This document shows, one piece after another, positions 39,637 to 48,525 of a stretch of DNA of 64,000 nt. The notes under the pieces were generated by a model. That model made no database searches. It saw nothing but the letters and a program-made list of their open reading frames with translations, and was not told the DNA's origin. Each line of letters starts with the position of its first letter. Within the stretch, counting starts at the first letter, position 1. The position numbers and the translations under genes were made by a program. Source of the stretch: an uncultured Aquiluna sp. (GTDB lineage: Bacteria; Actinomycetota; Actinomycetes; Actinomycetales; Microbacteriaceae); assembly GCA_913775595.1 (NCBI GenBank), contig CAJYLB010000001.1:992001-1056000 (forward strand). Direction: 5' to 3'.

Positions 39637-39712
39637 GGCTCTGTAGCTCAGTTGGTAGAGCGAACGACTGAAAATCGTTAGGTCACCGGATCGACGCCGG
39701 TCGGAGCCACCA
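39637..39712 (+). tRNA. tRNA-Phe(GAA)
   Basis: GGCTCTG/CGGAGCC acceptor stem, anticodon loop CTGAAAA, encoded CCA. Confidence 0.96.
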
Positions 39713-39726
39713 GAAAGAGGCAGATA

Positions 39727-40587
39727 GTGACGATTTTCTTTGGTTTACTATCTGCCTTTTCTTATGGGTACGCAGACTTCGTTGGGGCACTGGCGGCCAA
39801 GAAGGTTCGGGCCCTTGCCGTCACTACGGTGGCCTTCGTATTTGGCCTTGGGATTGCGATCTTTCTCTCGTTGTTCTTTGGCGCGAGCTACGACCTCAAC
39901 GTCTTTCAAATCGGAATCTACGCGGGCATCTGCTCGGCTGCCGCAATTACTTTTCTCTATGCGGCCCTAGCACTCGGACCTATCTCAATAGTTAGCCCGC
40001 TCACAGCAGTGCTGTCGGCAATGATTCCCGTGGTCTTTGACGTGATCTCTGGCCAGCAGCTGAGTTCGTTTGCACTTATTGCGATTGCACTTATTTTGGT
40101 GGCGGTGGTGCTGGTTGCCTTCATTCCTGGTGCTGATGTCAGGCTGCCATCCTTGCGAGCTGTCTTGTACTCGGTTGGAGCCGGGGTTGGCTTCGCCGGC
40201 ATCTTTTTGTTCTTGGACATGACTCCTGAGGGCACAGGCCTTGGCGTTCTAGTAGTCATGCGAGTTGTGGGACTCTTGCTCATGGGAGCCGGGCTAGTGG
40301 CACTTCTGCTCCTGGGCAAGTCCAAGGTCTTTGTCGAGCGCGAGATCTTCACAAAGAGCCTGCTACCTCTTGTTCTTCTGGCAGGCCTTGGCGATGTCAC
40401 GGGCAATGTGTTTTTCATGATTGCAACATCCAGTGGCGCTCTCGCAGTGGCTGCGGTGCTGACCTCGCTTTATCCAGTGGGAACAATCCTGCTTGCAAGG
40501 GTCTTTTTAAAGGAGCGCATTGCGCTCAGCCAAAACATAGGCATAGCTTTAGCAATCGGGGCCTGTGCCCTGTTGGCAGTCGGCTAG
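39727..40587 (+). CDS. EamA/DMT family transporter
   Basis: About 10 TM helices; YGYADF, GPISIVSP, SLYPVGTILLARVFLKERI. Confidence 0.88.
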   Translation: MTIFFGLLSAFSYGYADFVGALAAKKVRALAVTTVAFVFGLGIAIFLSLFFGASYDLNVFQIGIYAGICSAAAITFLYAALALGPISIVSPLTAVLSAMIPVVFDVISGQQLSSFALIAIALILVAVVLVAFIPGADVRLPSLRAVLYSVGAGVGFAGIFLFLDMTPEGTGLGVLVVMRVVGLLLMGAGLVALLLLGKSKVFVEREIFTKSLLPLVLLAGLGDVTGNVFFMIATSSGALAVAAVLTSLYPVGTILLARVFLKERIALSQNIGIALAIGACALLAVG

Positions 40588-40602
40588 AGCAGAAAGAACG
40601 AA

Positions 40603-42210
40603 TTGAAAACTAAGAACCGCTGGGTCGGGCTGGTATTTATCTCCATGGCCATCTCCTTGGTCATCATCGACGGCACCATAGTCAACACAATCTTTCCCAA
40701 GGTCATCGAGGACCTGTCTCTTAGCTCAACCGAGGTTCAGTGGGTGCAGGAGAGCTATGTGCTCGTCTTTGCCTCGACCCTTCTGGTCTGGGGCTCGCTC
40801 GCCGACAAGATTGGCCGCAAGCGCCTTTTGCTGATCGGAATCTTCATCTTCATAGTGGCCTCGGTCTGGGCCGGCTCCACCGAATCAGCCGGCGAAATGA
40901 TCGCGGCGAGGGTGGTCCAGGGATTCGGTGGCGCAATGGTGCTACCAACCACGCTGTCCCTGGTGAACGCAAACTTCCAGGGCAAAGAGCGCGGCATTGC
41001 ATTTGCGGTTTGGGGAGCGACCATTGGTGGCATGGTGGCGGTAGGTCCAGTGCTGGGCGGCTGGCTCGCAACCGACTTCACCTGGCGCTGGGCATTTTTG
41101 ATAAACCTCCCGCTAGGAATACTGATTCTTGCGGGCCTTATTTACCTCATTCCCGAGTCAAAGGCTGAAAGCGGACGCAAGGGAATCGACTGGGTTGGGG
41201 CTGCGATTTCCGTGGTCATGTTCGGCACCCTTGTCTTTGGTCTAATCGAAGGGCGTGTTTATGGCTGGATTACCCCCAACCCCAAGAATCAATTTGTGAT
41301 TGGCGATTTCGTTTGGCCAGAGGACGGCATCTCGGTGATTCCGGTGGCGCTGGCAATCGCGGCTGTCACCTCGGTCATGTTCGTTTTCTGGGAGAGAAAG
41401 CGCGAGAGAGAGGGCAAGAGCGTGCTGCTCGATCTCGGACTATTCAGCATTGCCTCTTTCAGAAATGGCTCGCTGGCAGCCATGATCATCTCGCTCGGTG
41501 AATTTGGCCTGCTGTTTGCCATTCCTCTATGGCTTCAGAACGTGCTCGGACTTAGCCCTATCAGCTCCGGTCTGGTTCTGCTTTGGTTGGCAGGTGGTGC
41601 TTTTATGGCCTCCGGTATTGGAGGGGCGCTCTCTGGCAAGCTGCCGCCGGCAAGAGCCGTGCAGATTGGTGTTGGTCTTGAGCTAATCGGCGTTGCAGGC
41701 ATTGGACTGGTGGCCTCGGTCGATGCAGGCTGGGGCGTGATAGCACCGCTGCTATTCATCTACGGCATCGGCATTGGGCTTGCCACCGCGCAGCTAACTG
41801 GGGTCATCATGGTCGATGTCCCCATGGCACAGACAGGTCAGGCGTCTGGCTCTCAGTCAACCGTGAGGCAGATTGGTTCTGCACTGGGTATTGCGGTTCT
41901 TGGCAGCATGCTCTTCACCGGAACCCAGGCATCTTTCGAAGACCGTCTTGACGAGCTTGCGGTCCCGCAGAGTCAGCAGGTCTTTATTGTCGACGCGGTT
42001 GTCGATTCGGCCGGTGGTGCAATACCGGGTCTTGCTGAGGGGCTGACCTCCCAGCAGGTTCCGCAGGAGCTTGCCGAGTCGATCCAAGATGCCGCTGGCG
42101 ATGCCTTTACAGATGGTGCCAAATGGGCAGCCTTTGCAGCAGCAATCTTCCTGCTGCTCGGATTCGCCTCCACCTTCAGGCTTGGAAGCCGCTCTAAGGA
42201 AAAGGCCTAA
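40603..42210 (+). CDS. MFS drug:H+ antiporter, DHA2 (14-TM)
   Basis: IDGTIVN, GSLADKIGRKR, ARVVQGFGGA, GPVLGG, WRWAFLINLP. Confidence 0.92.
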   Translation: MKTKNRWVGLVFISMAISLVIIDGTIVNTIFPKVIEDLSLSSTEVQWVQESYVLVFASTLLVWGSLADKIGRKRLLLIGIFIFIVASVWAGSTESAGEMIAARVVQGFGGAMVLPTTLSLVNANFQGKERGIAFAVWGATIGGMVAVGPVLGGWLATDFTWRWAFLINLPLGILILAGLIYLIPESKAESGRKGIDWVGAAISVVMFGTLVFGLIEGRVYGWITPNPKNQFVIGDFVWPEDGISVIPVALAIAAVTSVMFVFWERKREREGKSVLLDLGLFSIASFRNGSLAAMIISLGEFGLLFAIPLWLQNVLGLSPISSGLVLLWLAGGAFMASGIGGALSGKLPPARAVQIGVGLELIGVAGIGLVASVDAGWGVIAPLLFIYGIGIGLATAQLTGVIMVDVPMAQTGQASGSQSTVRQIGSALGIAVLGSMLFTGTQASFEDRLDELAVPQSQQVFIVDAVVDSAGGAIPGLAEGLTSQQVPQELAESIQDAAGDAFTDGAKWAAFAAAIFLLLGFASTFRLGSRSKEKA

Positions 42211-42554
42211 AGGTTTTTATCGGCAAAGATTGTTGCCGCTTGGTAGATGTAGTTCCCCAGCCCCTCACGCTCCGCCTCATAGGTTTCGTTATAGGCGGTT
42301 GGCAGGGCAAAGCTCATTGCAAGGTTTTTGTAAGACTCGCGATCGGGCTTCCAGAACCTTAGGCAGAACTCGTAATGCAGCCGCACCGCAGCCTGCATCT
42401 TTTCATGCTCTGGCTCTAGGCCCTCATCGAGGCAAGCCACCATCTTTTCCGTGATGGCTGCAAACTCTTTTGTGAACTGCTGGTTCTCCTCGGCCGAGTA
42501 GTTGTTTTGGTAGTAGCTACCCACCACCAGGTTGTTCTTGTCGTCAAAGTTCAC
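42207..42554 (-). CDS. Stand-alone TipAS antibiotic-recognition domain protein
   Basis: QAAVRLHYEF...FWKPDRESYKNLA..F......ETYE....GLGNYIYQA pattern; no MerR HTH. Confidence 0.78.
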   Translation of the reverse strand: MNFDDKNNLVVGSYYQNNYSAEENQQFTKEFAAITEKMVACLDEGLEPEHEKMQAAVRLHYEFCLRFWKPDRESYKNLAMSFALPTAYNETYEAEREGLGNYIYQAATIFADKNL

Positions 42555-42589
42555 CCTGACAAGTTAGCAAGTTCGCTAGTGTTTGAAGG

Positions 42590-42973
42590 GTGTTAGCCAA
42601 CTGGAGAATGGCTGGCATGGTGTTTGTCGGTGGCGCGATTGGAACCATGCTGCGTCACCTAATTGGGGAAGTGTTCGGTTCTACCTACGAGTTCCCCACC
42701 TCAGAATTTCTTGCGCTCGGGTTTGTAAACCTCATTGGTAGCTACTTCTTTGGCCTGACCGCAAGGCACCCAATTTTTGCAACCGAGAAAAAGCGGGCCT
42801 TCTTTGGCACTGGTCTAGCAGGTGGTTTTACCACCATGAGCGCACTCACTTTGTTCATTGACATTCAGGGCCTCTCGCCAGAAATTGCTCTGCTGCTCTT
42901 CATTGGCCCTGCCACATATGCCTTTGGTTGGCACCAGGGCAGAAGGCGAGCGAAGAAGGTGGGGCATGAGTAA
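42590..42973 (+). CDS. crcB: Fluoride channel Fluc/CrcB subunit 1
   Basis: GGAIGTMLR, VNLIGS, GLAGGFTTMS. Confidence 0.85.
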   Translation: MLANWRMAGMVFVGGAIGTMLRHLIGEVFGSTYEFPTSEFLALGFVNLIGSYFFGLTARHPIFATEKKRAFFGTGLAGGFTTMSALTLFIDIQGLSPEIALLLFIGPATYAFGWHQGRRRAKKVGHE

Positions 42974-43313
42974 TCCGATTCTGCTCACCCTGCTCATCGG
43001 CGCAGCAGGTGGTGTTGGTGCGGTAATCCGCTACGCCATCATTTCCTGGCATGGGGCCCTGCCATTTGGGCTATTCGCGGTAAACATCTTGGCCGGAGGC
43101 CTTGTCGGCTTCATCTACTCCGGATCGCTGACCCAGGACTGGCTGGTGATCGCATCGGTTGGGTTGGCAGGAGGCCTCTCAACATTTGCTGGGGTCTCTC
43201 AAGAGGGCTTCGACTACTATCACCGCGGGCGGTTAGTGCAGATGTTCCTCACGCTCGTCATCAACGCTCTGATGCCCGTGCTGGCAATGATGCTTGTCAT
43301 GCAGTTCGTTTAG
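42966..43313 (+). CDS. crcB: Fluoride channel Fluc/CrcB subunit 2
   Basis: GGVGAVIRY, PFGLFAVN, GLAGGLSTF; ATG 42966 overlaps subunit 1. Confidence 0.85.
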   Translation: MSNPILLTLLIGAAGGVGAVIRYAIISWHGALPFGLFAVNILAGGLVGFIYSGSLTQDWLVIASVGLAGGLSTFAGVSQEGFDYYHRGRLVQMFLTLVINALMPVLAMMLVMQFV

Positions 43314-43392
43314 ATTTTGTTAGTATTTCTCAAGGTTCCGGTAAGTTTCCAAGGCTAAAGCCGCGGACATTCAGAGATAGAGGGGGCTCGCC

Positions 43393-43599
43393 ATGGGGCG
43401 TGGCCGTCAAAAAGCGAAAAACACCAAGGTCGCTCGCGAGCTGAAGTATTACAGCCCGTCGACCGACTACTCAGCGCTTGAGGCTGAGCTCAGCCAGAAG
43501 GCCGGAGACGAAAACGAAGACTTCGTGGACCGCTGGGCCGACGACTACGAAGCACCTCTGGACGACGAGCGCGTCGTCGAACTAGACGAAGAGGACTAG
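43393..43599 (+). CDS. DUF3073 protein
   Basis: MGRGRQKAKNTKVARELKY; usual neighbour of purM. Confidence 0.92.
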   Translation: MGRGRQKAKNTKVARELKYYSPSTDYSALEAELSQKAGDENEDFVDRWADDYEAPLDDERVVELDEED

Positions 43600-43618
43600 A
43601 GCGGACTGTGCCCCGTTT

Positions 43619-43990
43619 TCACCACGCATTTGCGCCGACGACCAGACCAACCAAGATATCCAAGTTCACCCTGTCGTCACGGTAATCCTCCGTGAGGGCA
43701 AAGTATTCACCGTCTTCCGAGGCAATCCTCACAGTCCTACCCTCAGCTTCGAGATAATCAACCGCTGCCTGCTTGGTCATGCCCATAACCTGGCAGGCGA
43801 GAACTTTGGTCTGAGTGTGCTGCTCGGTGAACTGCTCTGTCGAGGTGTCCTCGTAGCAGTGCACATTAGGGGTATCTCTGACGATGCTCACAGTCGCAGA
43901 CTCTGCACCACTAATGAGGCCCAACAGGAAAGCACCGATTGAAACTGCTACTCCGACAACGCCTACGCCAACGGCTGCCTTATTGCGCAT
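43619..43990 (-). CDS. Hypothetical membrane-anchored protein with I78/potato-inhibitor-like C-terminus
   Basis: N-terminal TM helix; C..MGMT...A...L....R..R......ALTEDYRDDRVNL....G.VV; start overlaps the purM stop. Confidence 0.6.
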   Translation of the reverse strand: MRNKAAVGVGVVGVAVSIGAFLLGLISGAESATVSIVRDTPNVHCYEDTSTEQFTEQHTQTKVLACQVMGMTKQAAVDYLEAEGRTVRIASEDGEYFALTEDYRDDRVNLDILVGLVVGANAW

Positions 43991-45080
43991 AGTCTCCGAC
44001 CAACCGCACGGCACCGCCTGCCACACCCTTGGCGTTTGTCGTGTAACCCTCGGCCTCCGTATCACATGCTGTGGACTCAATGACGCCCAGTTGCCAGGTG
44101 TGGATGCCGCTTTCACTCACGAACTTCTCAATCTCAGCGGCACTCGACTTTCTCACGACCAGAGCAAAACCAAGGCCTAGATTCCAGGTGCTCTCGAGGT
44201 CTTTTAGATCATGTCCCGCCCAAGAGGCCAGCACCCGAAAGACGTCCTGCGGGCTCCAGCTGCCGCGATCAATATCCAGGGATACGGTGGCGGGTAGCAC
44301 CCGGGATAGGTTGGCAGCGATGCCGCCACCTGTGATGTGGCTCATGGTTGAGACCTGGCCATCAAATCTCTCGAGCACATTGTTGAGCACACCGCTGTAG
44401 AGCATGGTCGGCTCCAAAAGCTTCTCACCTAGCGTCGTGGAAAACTCATCAACGTGTTCGGTGTAACTCAGGCCCCTATCGGCGACAATCTTGCGAACCA
44501 GCGAGTAGCCATTTGAGTGCAGGCCCGAAGAGGAAAGCCCGAGCACGATATCTCCAACCTCGACCTTCTCACTCGAGAGGATCTTGGACTTCTCGACAAC
44601 TCCAGTCGCAGCTCCCGCAACGTCGTACTCGTCCTCGCCAAGCAGGCCGGGGTGCTCAGCGGTCTCGCCACCAACCAGCGCGACGTCCACGGCCTTGCAG
44701 GCCTCGGCTATGCCCCGAACAATGTCCGCGATTCTTCCGGGCACCAGCTTTCCGCAGGCAATGTAGTCGGTCATGAAAAGACTCTTGGCGCCGGTGACGA
44801 CAATGTCGTCCACGACCATGCCCACTAGATCCTGGCCAATGGTGTCGTGCTTATCGATGGCCTGGGCAATCGCAACTTTAGTTCCAACGCCATCGGTTGA
44901 GGTGGCAAGAATTGGGTGCTCGTATGACCTTAGAAACCCGGCATCGACCATCCCGGCAAAGCCCCCAAAGCCGCCGAGAACGAGGTTGTTGTGTGTGGCG
45001 CTAACCGCTTGCTTCATGAGCTCTACGGCTTTGTCTCCAGCCTCGGTGTCGACCCCTGAGGACGCATATGGATTAGTCAT
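43980..45080 (-). CDS. purM: Phosphoribosylformylglycinamidine cyclo-ligase
   Basis: YASSGVD, TDGVGTK, GGETAEHPG, GLHSNGYSL, HITGGG. Confidence 0.97.
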   Translation of the reverse strand: MTNPYASSGVDTEAGDKAVELMKQAVSATHNNLVLGGFGGFAGMVDAGFLRSYEHPILATSTDGVGTKVAIAQAIDKHDTIGQDLVGMVVDDIVVTGAKSLFMTDYIACGKLVPGRIADIVRGIAEACKAVDVALVGGETAEHPGLLGEDEYDVAGAATGVVEKSKILSSEKVEVGDIVLGLSSSGLHSNGYSLVRKIVADRGLSYTEHVDEFSTTLGEKLLEPTMLYSGVLNNVLERFDGQVSTMSHITGGGIAANLSRVLPATVSLDIDRGSWSPQDVFRVLASWAGHDLKDLESTWNLGLGFALVVRKSSAAEIEKFVSESGIHTWQLGVIESTACDTEAEGYTTNAKGVAGGAVRLVGDYAQ

Positions 45081-46575
45081 CTACGTGAACGTGCTTCTCT
45101 TCCTTGATGGTGGCAACGCCTCTTTCAAGCAGGTTTTTGCCTAGAGACTCAGCCGCGGGAAGTTCGATTGGATACTCTCCTGTGAAGCAGGCGGTGCAGA
45201 GCGAGTCAGGCTTTTGATTGGTGGCCGCGATCATGCCCTCCTTGGACAGATATCCGAGAGAGTCTGCCCCGATTGATTGCCTAACCTCCTCAGCTCCAAG
45301 TCCGGAGGCAATCAACTCTGCCCTGGATGCGAAATCAATGCCGTAGAAGCAAGGCCAGGTAATCGGGGGGCTGGAGATGCGCACATGAACCTCCGCTGCA
45401 CCTGCCTCCTTGAGCATTTTCACCAGAGCCCGCTGGGTGTTACCCCTGACGATGGAGTCATCGACTACAACCAACCTCTTGCCTGCAATGACCTCTCTTA
45501 GGGGATTGAGCTTGAGCCTGATACCGAGCTGTCGGATGGTCTGGGAGGGCTGGATGAAGGTTCTTCCCACATAGGCGTTCTTCACAAGACCGTGGCCGAA
45601 AGGTATACCGCTCTCTTCGCTGAAACCAATGGCGGCAGGGGTTCCTGACTCTGGTGTCGGCATAACAAGATCCGCCTCAACGGGATACTCCCTGGCGAGC
45701 GTCCTACCCATCTCAACGCGGGACTCATAGACCACGCGGCCGTTAATTGAAGTGTCCGGGCGGGCGAGATAGACATACTCAAATACGCAACCGGCGCGCT
45801 TGGTCTCAGCAAACCTAGAGGACCTCAGGCCGTTTTCGTCAATTGCAATTAGCTCGCCTGGCTCAACCTCGCGAACATAGCTCGCACCCACAATGTCTAA
45901 AGCCGCAGACTCTGAGGCCACTACCCAACCACGCTCGAGTCTTCCCAGAACCAGTGGTCTTACGCCTTGAGGATCGCGCGCGGCATAGAGGGTTCCCTCG
46001 TCCATGAAGACCAGGCAGTAGGCGCCTTTCACAAGCGGAAGCAGCTCTAGAGCGGTTGCCTCCAGCGAGCTGTCCGCATTACCCGAGAGCAGCGCAGTCA
46101 GGACCGCGGTGTCGGTGGTGTTGCCCCCACGCAGCTCACCCTCGTGCTCCGGGTAGCGCTTCTGCAATAGCTCGAGTAGCTCTTGGGTGTTGGTGAGGTT
46201 TCCGTTGTGGCCCAGGGCGACTGTGCCGTAAGCGGTTCGACCCAGGGTCGGCTGAGCATTTTTCCAGTGAGATGCTCCCGTCGTCGAATACCTGGTGTGG
46301 CCCACCGCGATGTGCCCCTCTAGAGACTCAAGCGCTGCCTCATTGAAGACCTGAGAGACCAGGCCCATGTCCTTGAAAACCAAGATCTTGTCGCCATTGG
46401 CGGTTGCGATACCCGCAGATTCCTGGCCACGGTGCTGGAGAGCATAAAGGCCGAAGTAGGCAAGTTTTGCAACCTCTTCACCCTCGGCCCAGACGCCGAA
46501 TACGCCGCACTTGTCTTGGGGGCCCTTTTCTCCGGGCAGGATGTCGTGATTTAGAAGACCGTCCCCGCGTATCAC
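45073..46575 (-). CDS. purF: Amidophosphoribosyltransferase
   Basis: CGVFG, LQHRGQESAG, GHTRYST, VVVDDSIVRGNT, CTACF. Confidence 0.97.
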   Translation of the reverse strand: MIRGDGLLNHDILPGEKGPQDKCGVFGVWAEGEEVAKLAYFGLYALQHRGQESAGIATANGDKILVFKDMGLVSQVFNEAALESLEGHIAVGHTRYSTTGASHWKNAQPTLGRTAYGTVALGHNGNLTNTQELLELLQKRYPEHEGELRGGNTTDTAVLTALLSGNADSSLEATALELLPLVKGAYCLVFMDEGTLYAARDPQGVRPLVLGRLERGWVVASESAALDIVGASYVREVEPGELIAIDENGLRSSRFAETKRAGCVFEYVYLARPDTSINGRVVYESRVEMGRTLAREYPVEADLVMPTPESGTPAAIGFSEESGIPFGHGLVKNAYVGRTFIQPSQTIRQLGIRLKLNPLREVIAGKRLVVVDDSIVRGNTQRALVKMLKEAGAAEVHVRISSPPITWPCFYGIDFASRAELIASGLGAEEVRQSIGADSLGYLSKEGMIAATNQKPDSLCTACFTGEYPIELPAAESLGKNLLERGVATIKEEKHVHVDD

Positions 46576-46838
46576 TCTGAAACCCTATTGGCTATTGCCT
46601 TCTTGGCCCTCCTTGAGGAGACCAGGTCAAAAATAATCGCAACCAAAACCCCAACCCCCAGACCCAGAGAGCCAAGTGCGATCATCAAAAGGCCAAAGAA
46701 GTTCTCGGGCACCTCGGAGTTTTCAGGGGCGATAACAAAGATCAGAATCGCGATGATGACGCCGAGTGCGCTACCGGTAAACATCCAAGGAAGCACCTTG
46801 GGAGCTCTGCGAATTTCGATTTCTTCGTTCTCGGCCAC
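46572..46838 (-). CDS. Small two-TM membrane protein
   Basis: IRRAPK plus two hydrophobic helices; 4-bp overlap with purF. Confidence 0.7.
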   Translation of the reverse strand: MAENEEIEIRRAPKVLPWMFTGSALGVIIAILIFVIAPENSEVPENFFGLLMIALGSLGLGVGVLVAIIFDLVSSRRAKKAIANRVSE

Positions 46839-46876
46839 GCTCCAATTAAACCAGCAAAGCCATCGCCTCGATACCG

Positions 46877-47215
46877 CTAGTTTTCAAGGACAGGAAAGAG
46901 CTTGGCGGCCTCAGGGACGAGGCTCCCCGATGCCAGCACGTGGCCGGACTCGATGGCCTCTTCCCAGCTAGCCCTCCCAAGACAGAGCGAGAGAAATAAC
47001 TCGGGTTCCATCTCAATAACGTTTGGGGGCGTGCCCCGGCGGTGGTCCAAACCCGACAGGCACTGAATCGCTCCGTAAGGCGGGACTCTCAGTTCCACGG
47101 CTCCGCCGGGAAACTTCTCCTCGATAAGTTGCAGCAGGTATCTGACCGCAGTAGGGATGTCGGATGACGAAATAGCCTCTTTGCCAACAGCATCGTCAAT
47201 CCGCTTCTTACCCAT
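46877..47215 (-). CDS. Bacterial sterol-carrier-like (SCP ortholog) protein
   Basis: PGGAVELRVPPYGAIQC, HRRGTPPNVIE; start ATG 47215 preceded by CATAAT-N6. Confidence 0.82.
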   Translation of the reverse strand: MGKKRIDDAVGKEAISSSDIPTAVRYLLQLIEEKFPGGAVELRVPPYGAIQCLSGLDHRRGTPPNVIEMEPELFLSLCLGRASWEEAIESGHVLASGSLVPEAAKLFPVLEN

Positions 47216-47307
47216 GCGCCAATTATGCATAACCGAGGCGACTACTTCTTGACATCGAGAGACCCGATGCTGAGGGTTCCCAGCGGCACGAAGGTAAACT
47301 CGCTCGG

Positions 47308-48525
47308 GTGAGAATCCTCGTCATTGGCTCTGGCGCAAGAGAGCACGCCATCGTAAAGGCCCTCATTCGAACCGGCACCCCTGCCAAGGACATAGTTTGT
47401 GCCCCGGGCAACGAGGGCATAGCCAAAGAGGTTGAGGTAAGGGATGTGGACCAGGTCGATCGCCTGGCCGTTGTAAAGCTTGCCCTGGAGGAGCGGGTCG
47501 ACCTCGTCGTCATTGGTCCCGAGGCACCACTTGTTGCAGGAGTAGCCGATGCCCTCAGGGAGCAGGGCGTAGCGGTGTTCGGCCCAAATCAAGACGCCGC
47601 CCGACTGGAGGGCTCAAAGAACTTTGCTAAAGAGGTCATGGCCGCTGCCGACGTGCCAACCGGCATGGCCCACCAGTGCACCACGATCGATGAGGTAGAG
47701 AGTGCGCTGGACCAGTTTGGTGCCCCCTACGTCGTAAAAGCCGACGGCCTAGCAGCTGGCAAGGGAGTGATTGTCACCAGCGACAAATCAGCAGCTTTGG
47801 AGCACGCCAAGGTCTACATCTCCGGCGGAGTGCTGGTGGAGGAGTTCTTGCAGGGAAGGGAAGTAAGCCTCTTCTTCCTCGCAGATGGCAAGACGGTTAT
47901 GCCGCTATCTCCGGCTCAGGATTACAAGCGCGCCTATGAGGGTGACGAGGGTCCTAACACCGGCGGTATGGGAGCTTATTCTCCCATCCCATGGCTGCCA
48001 GAGGGCTTTGTTGAAGAGGTCACCGAGAGGGTTGCCCAACCCGTGATTGACGAGCTCGCAAAACGTGGCACTGAGTTTGTCGGGCTGCTCTACTGCGGCC
48101 TCATCGTCACCGACAGGGGCATCAGGGTCATCGAGTTCAACGCAAGGTTTGGAGACCCGGAGACCCAGGTCGTGCTCCGAAGGCTAACGAGCAACCTCGC
48201 AGACCTCATGATGCGAGCTGCGACTGGGAAGTTAGATGCTGGCCCTTCTGCGGAGTTTTCAAAACGCAAGGCCGTCACCGTTGTCCTGGCATCCGAAGGC
48301 TACCCAACATCGACCGCGGAGTATCGAGAGGTAAGCGGCATCGAATCTGCCGAGAGCATCGAAGATGTCGAAGTCTGCAAAGCAGGAAAAGTTGGCAGGG
48401 TGCTTTCGGTGGTGGGATGCGGCGATAGCTTCCAGGAGGCAAGGACCCTCGCCTACGAGGGCATTAGCCGAATCAGCTTGGACGGCGCCCATTTCAGAAA
48501 CGACATCGCGGCAGGTATTAGCTAG
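47308..48525 (+). CDS. purD: Phosphoribosylamine--glycine ligase
   Basis: GSGAREHA, IGPEAPL, KADGLAAGKGV, GPNTGGMG, EFNARFGDPETQ. Confidence 0.97.
   Translation: MRILVIGSGAREHAIVKALIRTGTPAKDIVCAPGNEGIAKEVEVRDVDQVDRLAVVKLALEERVDLVVIGPEAPLVAGVADALREQGVAVFGPNQDAARLEGSKNFAKEVMAAADVPTGMAHQCTTIDEVESALDQFGAPYVVKADGLAAGKGVIVTSDKSAALEHAKVYISGGVLVEEFLQGREVSLFFLADGKTVMPLSPAQDYKRAYEGDEGPNTGGMGAYSPIPWLPEGFVEEVTERVAQPVIDELAKRGTEFVGLLYCGLIVTDRGIRVIEFNARFGDPETQVVLRRLTSNLADLMMRAATGKLDAGPSAEFSKRKAVTVVLASEGYPTSTAEYREVSGIESAESIEDVEVCKAGKVGRVLSVVGCGDSFQEARTLAYEGISRISLDGAHFRNDIAAGIS

Noticed and set aside
39686..39700. tRNA-Phe T-loop reads GATCGAC instead of GTTCGA
   Set aside because: Stems are intact and, as I recall, this variant is usual for tRNA-Phe in this family; not a pseudogene.
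39433..43313. Possible genomic island integrated at a tRNA
   Set aside because: No integrase, no duplicated tRNA 3' end and no obvious compositional shift.
43314..43392. Possible riboswitch between crcB and DUF3073
   Set aside because: It lies downstream of crcB, shows no fluoride-riboswitch consensus or convincing stem, and is best read as promoter plus 5' UTR.
47242..47289. 15-codon minus-strand ORF (VPLGTLSIGSLDVKK) upstream of the SCP gene
   Set aside because: Too short, with no RBS or good -10; cannot be supported from sequence alone.
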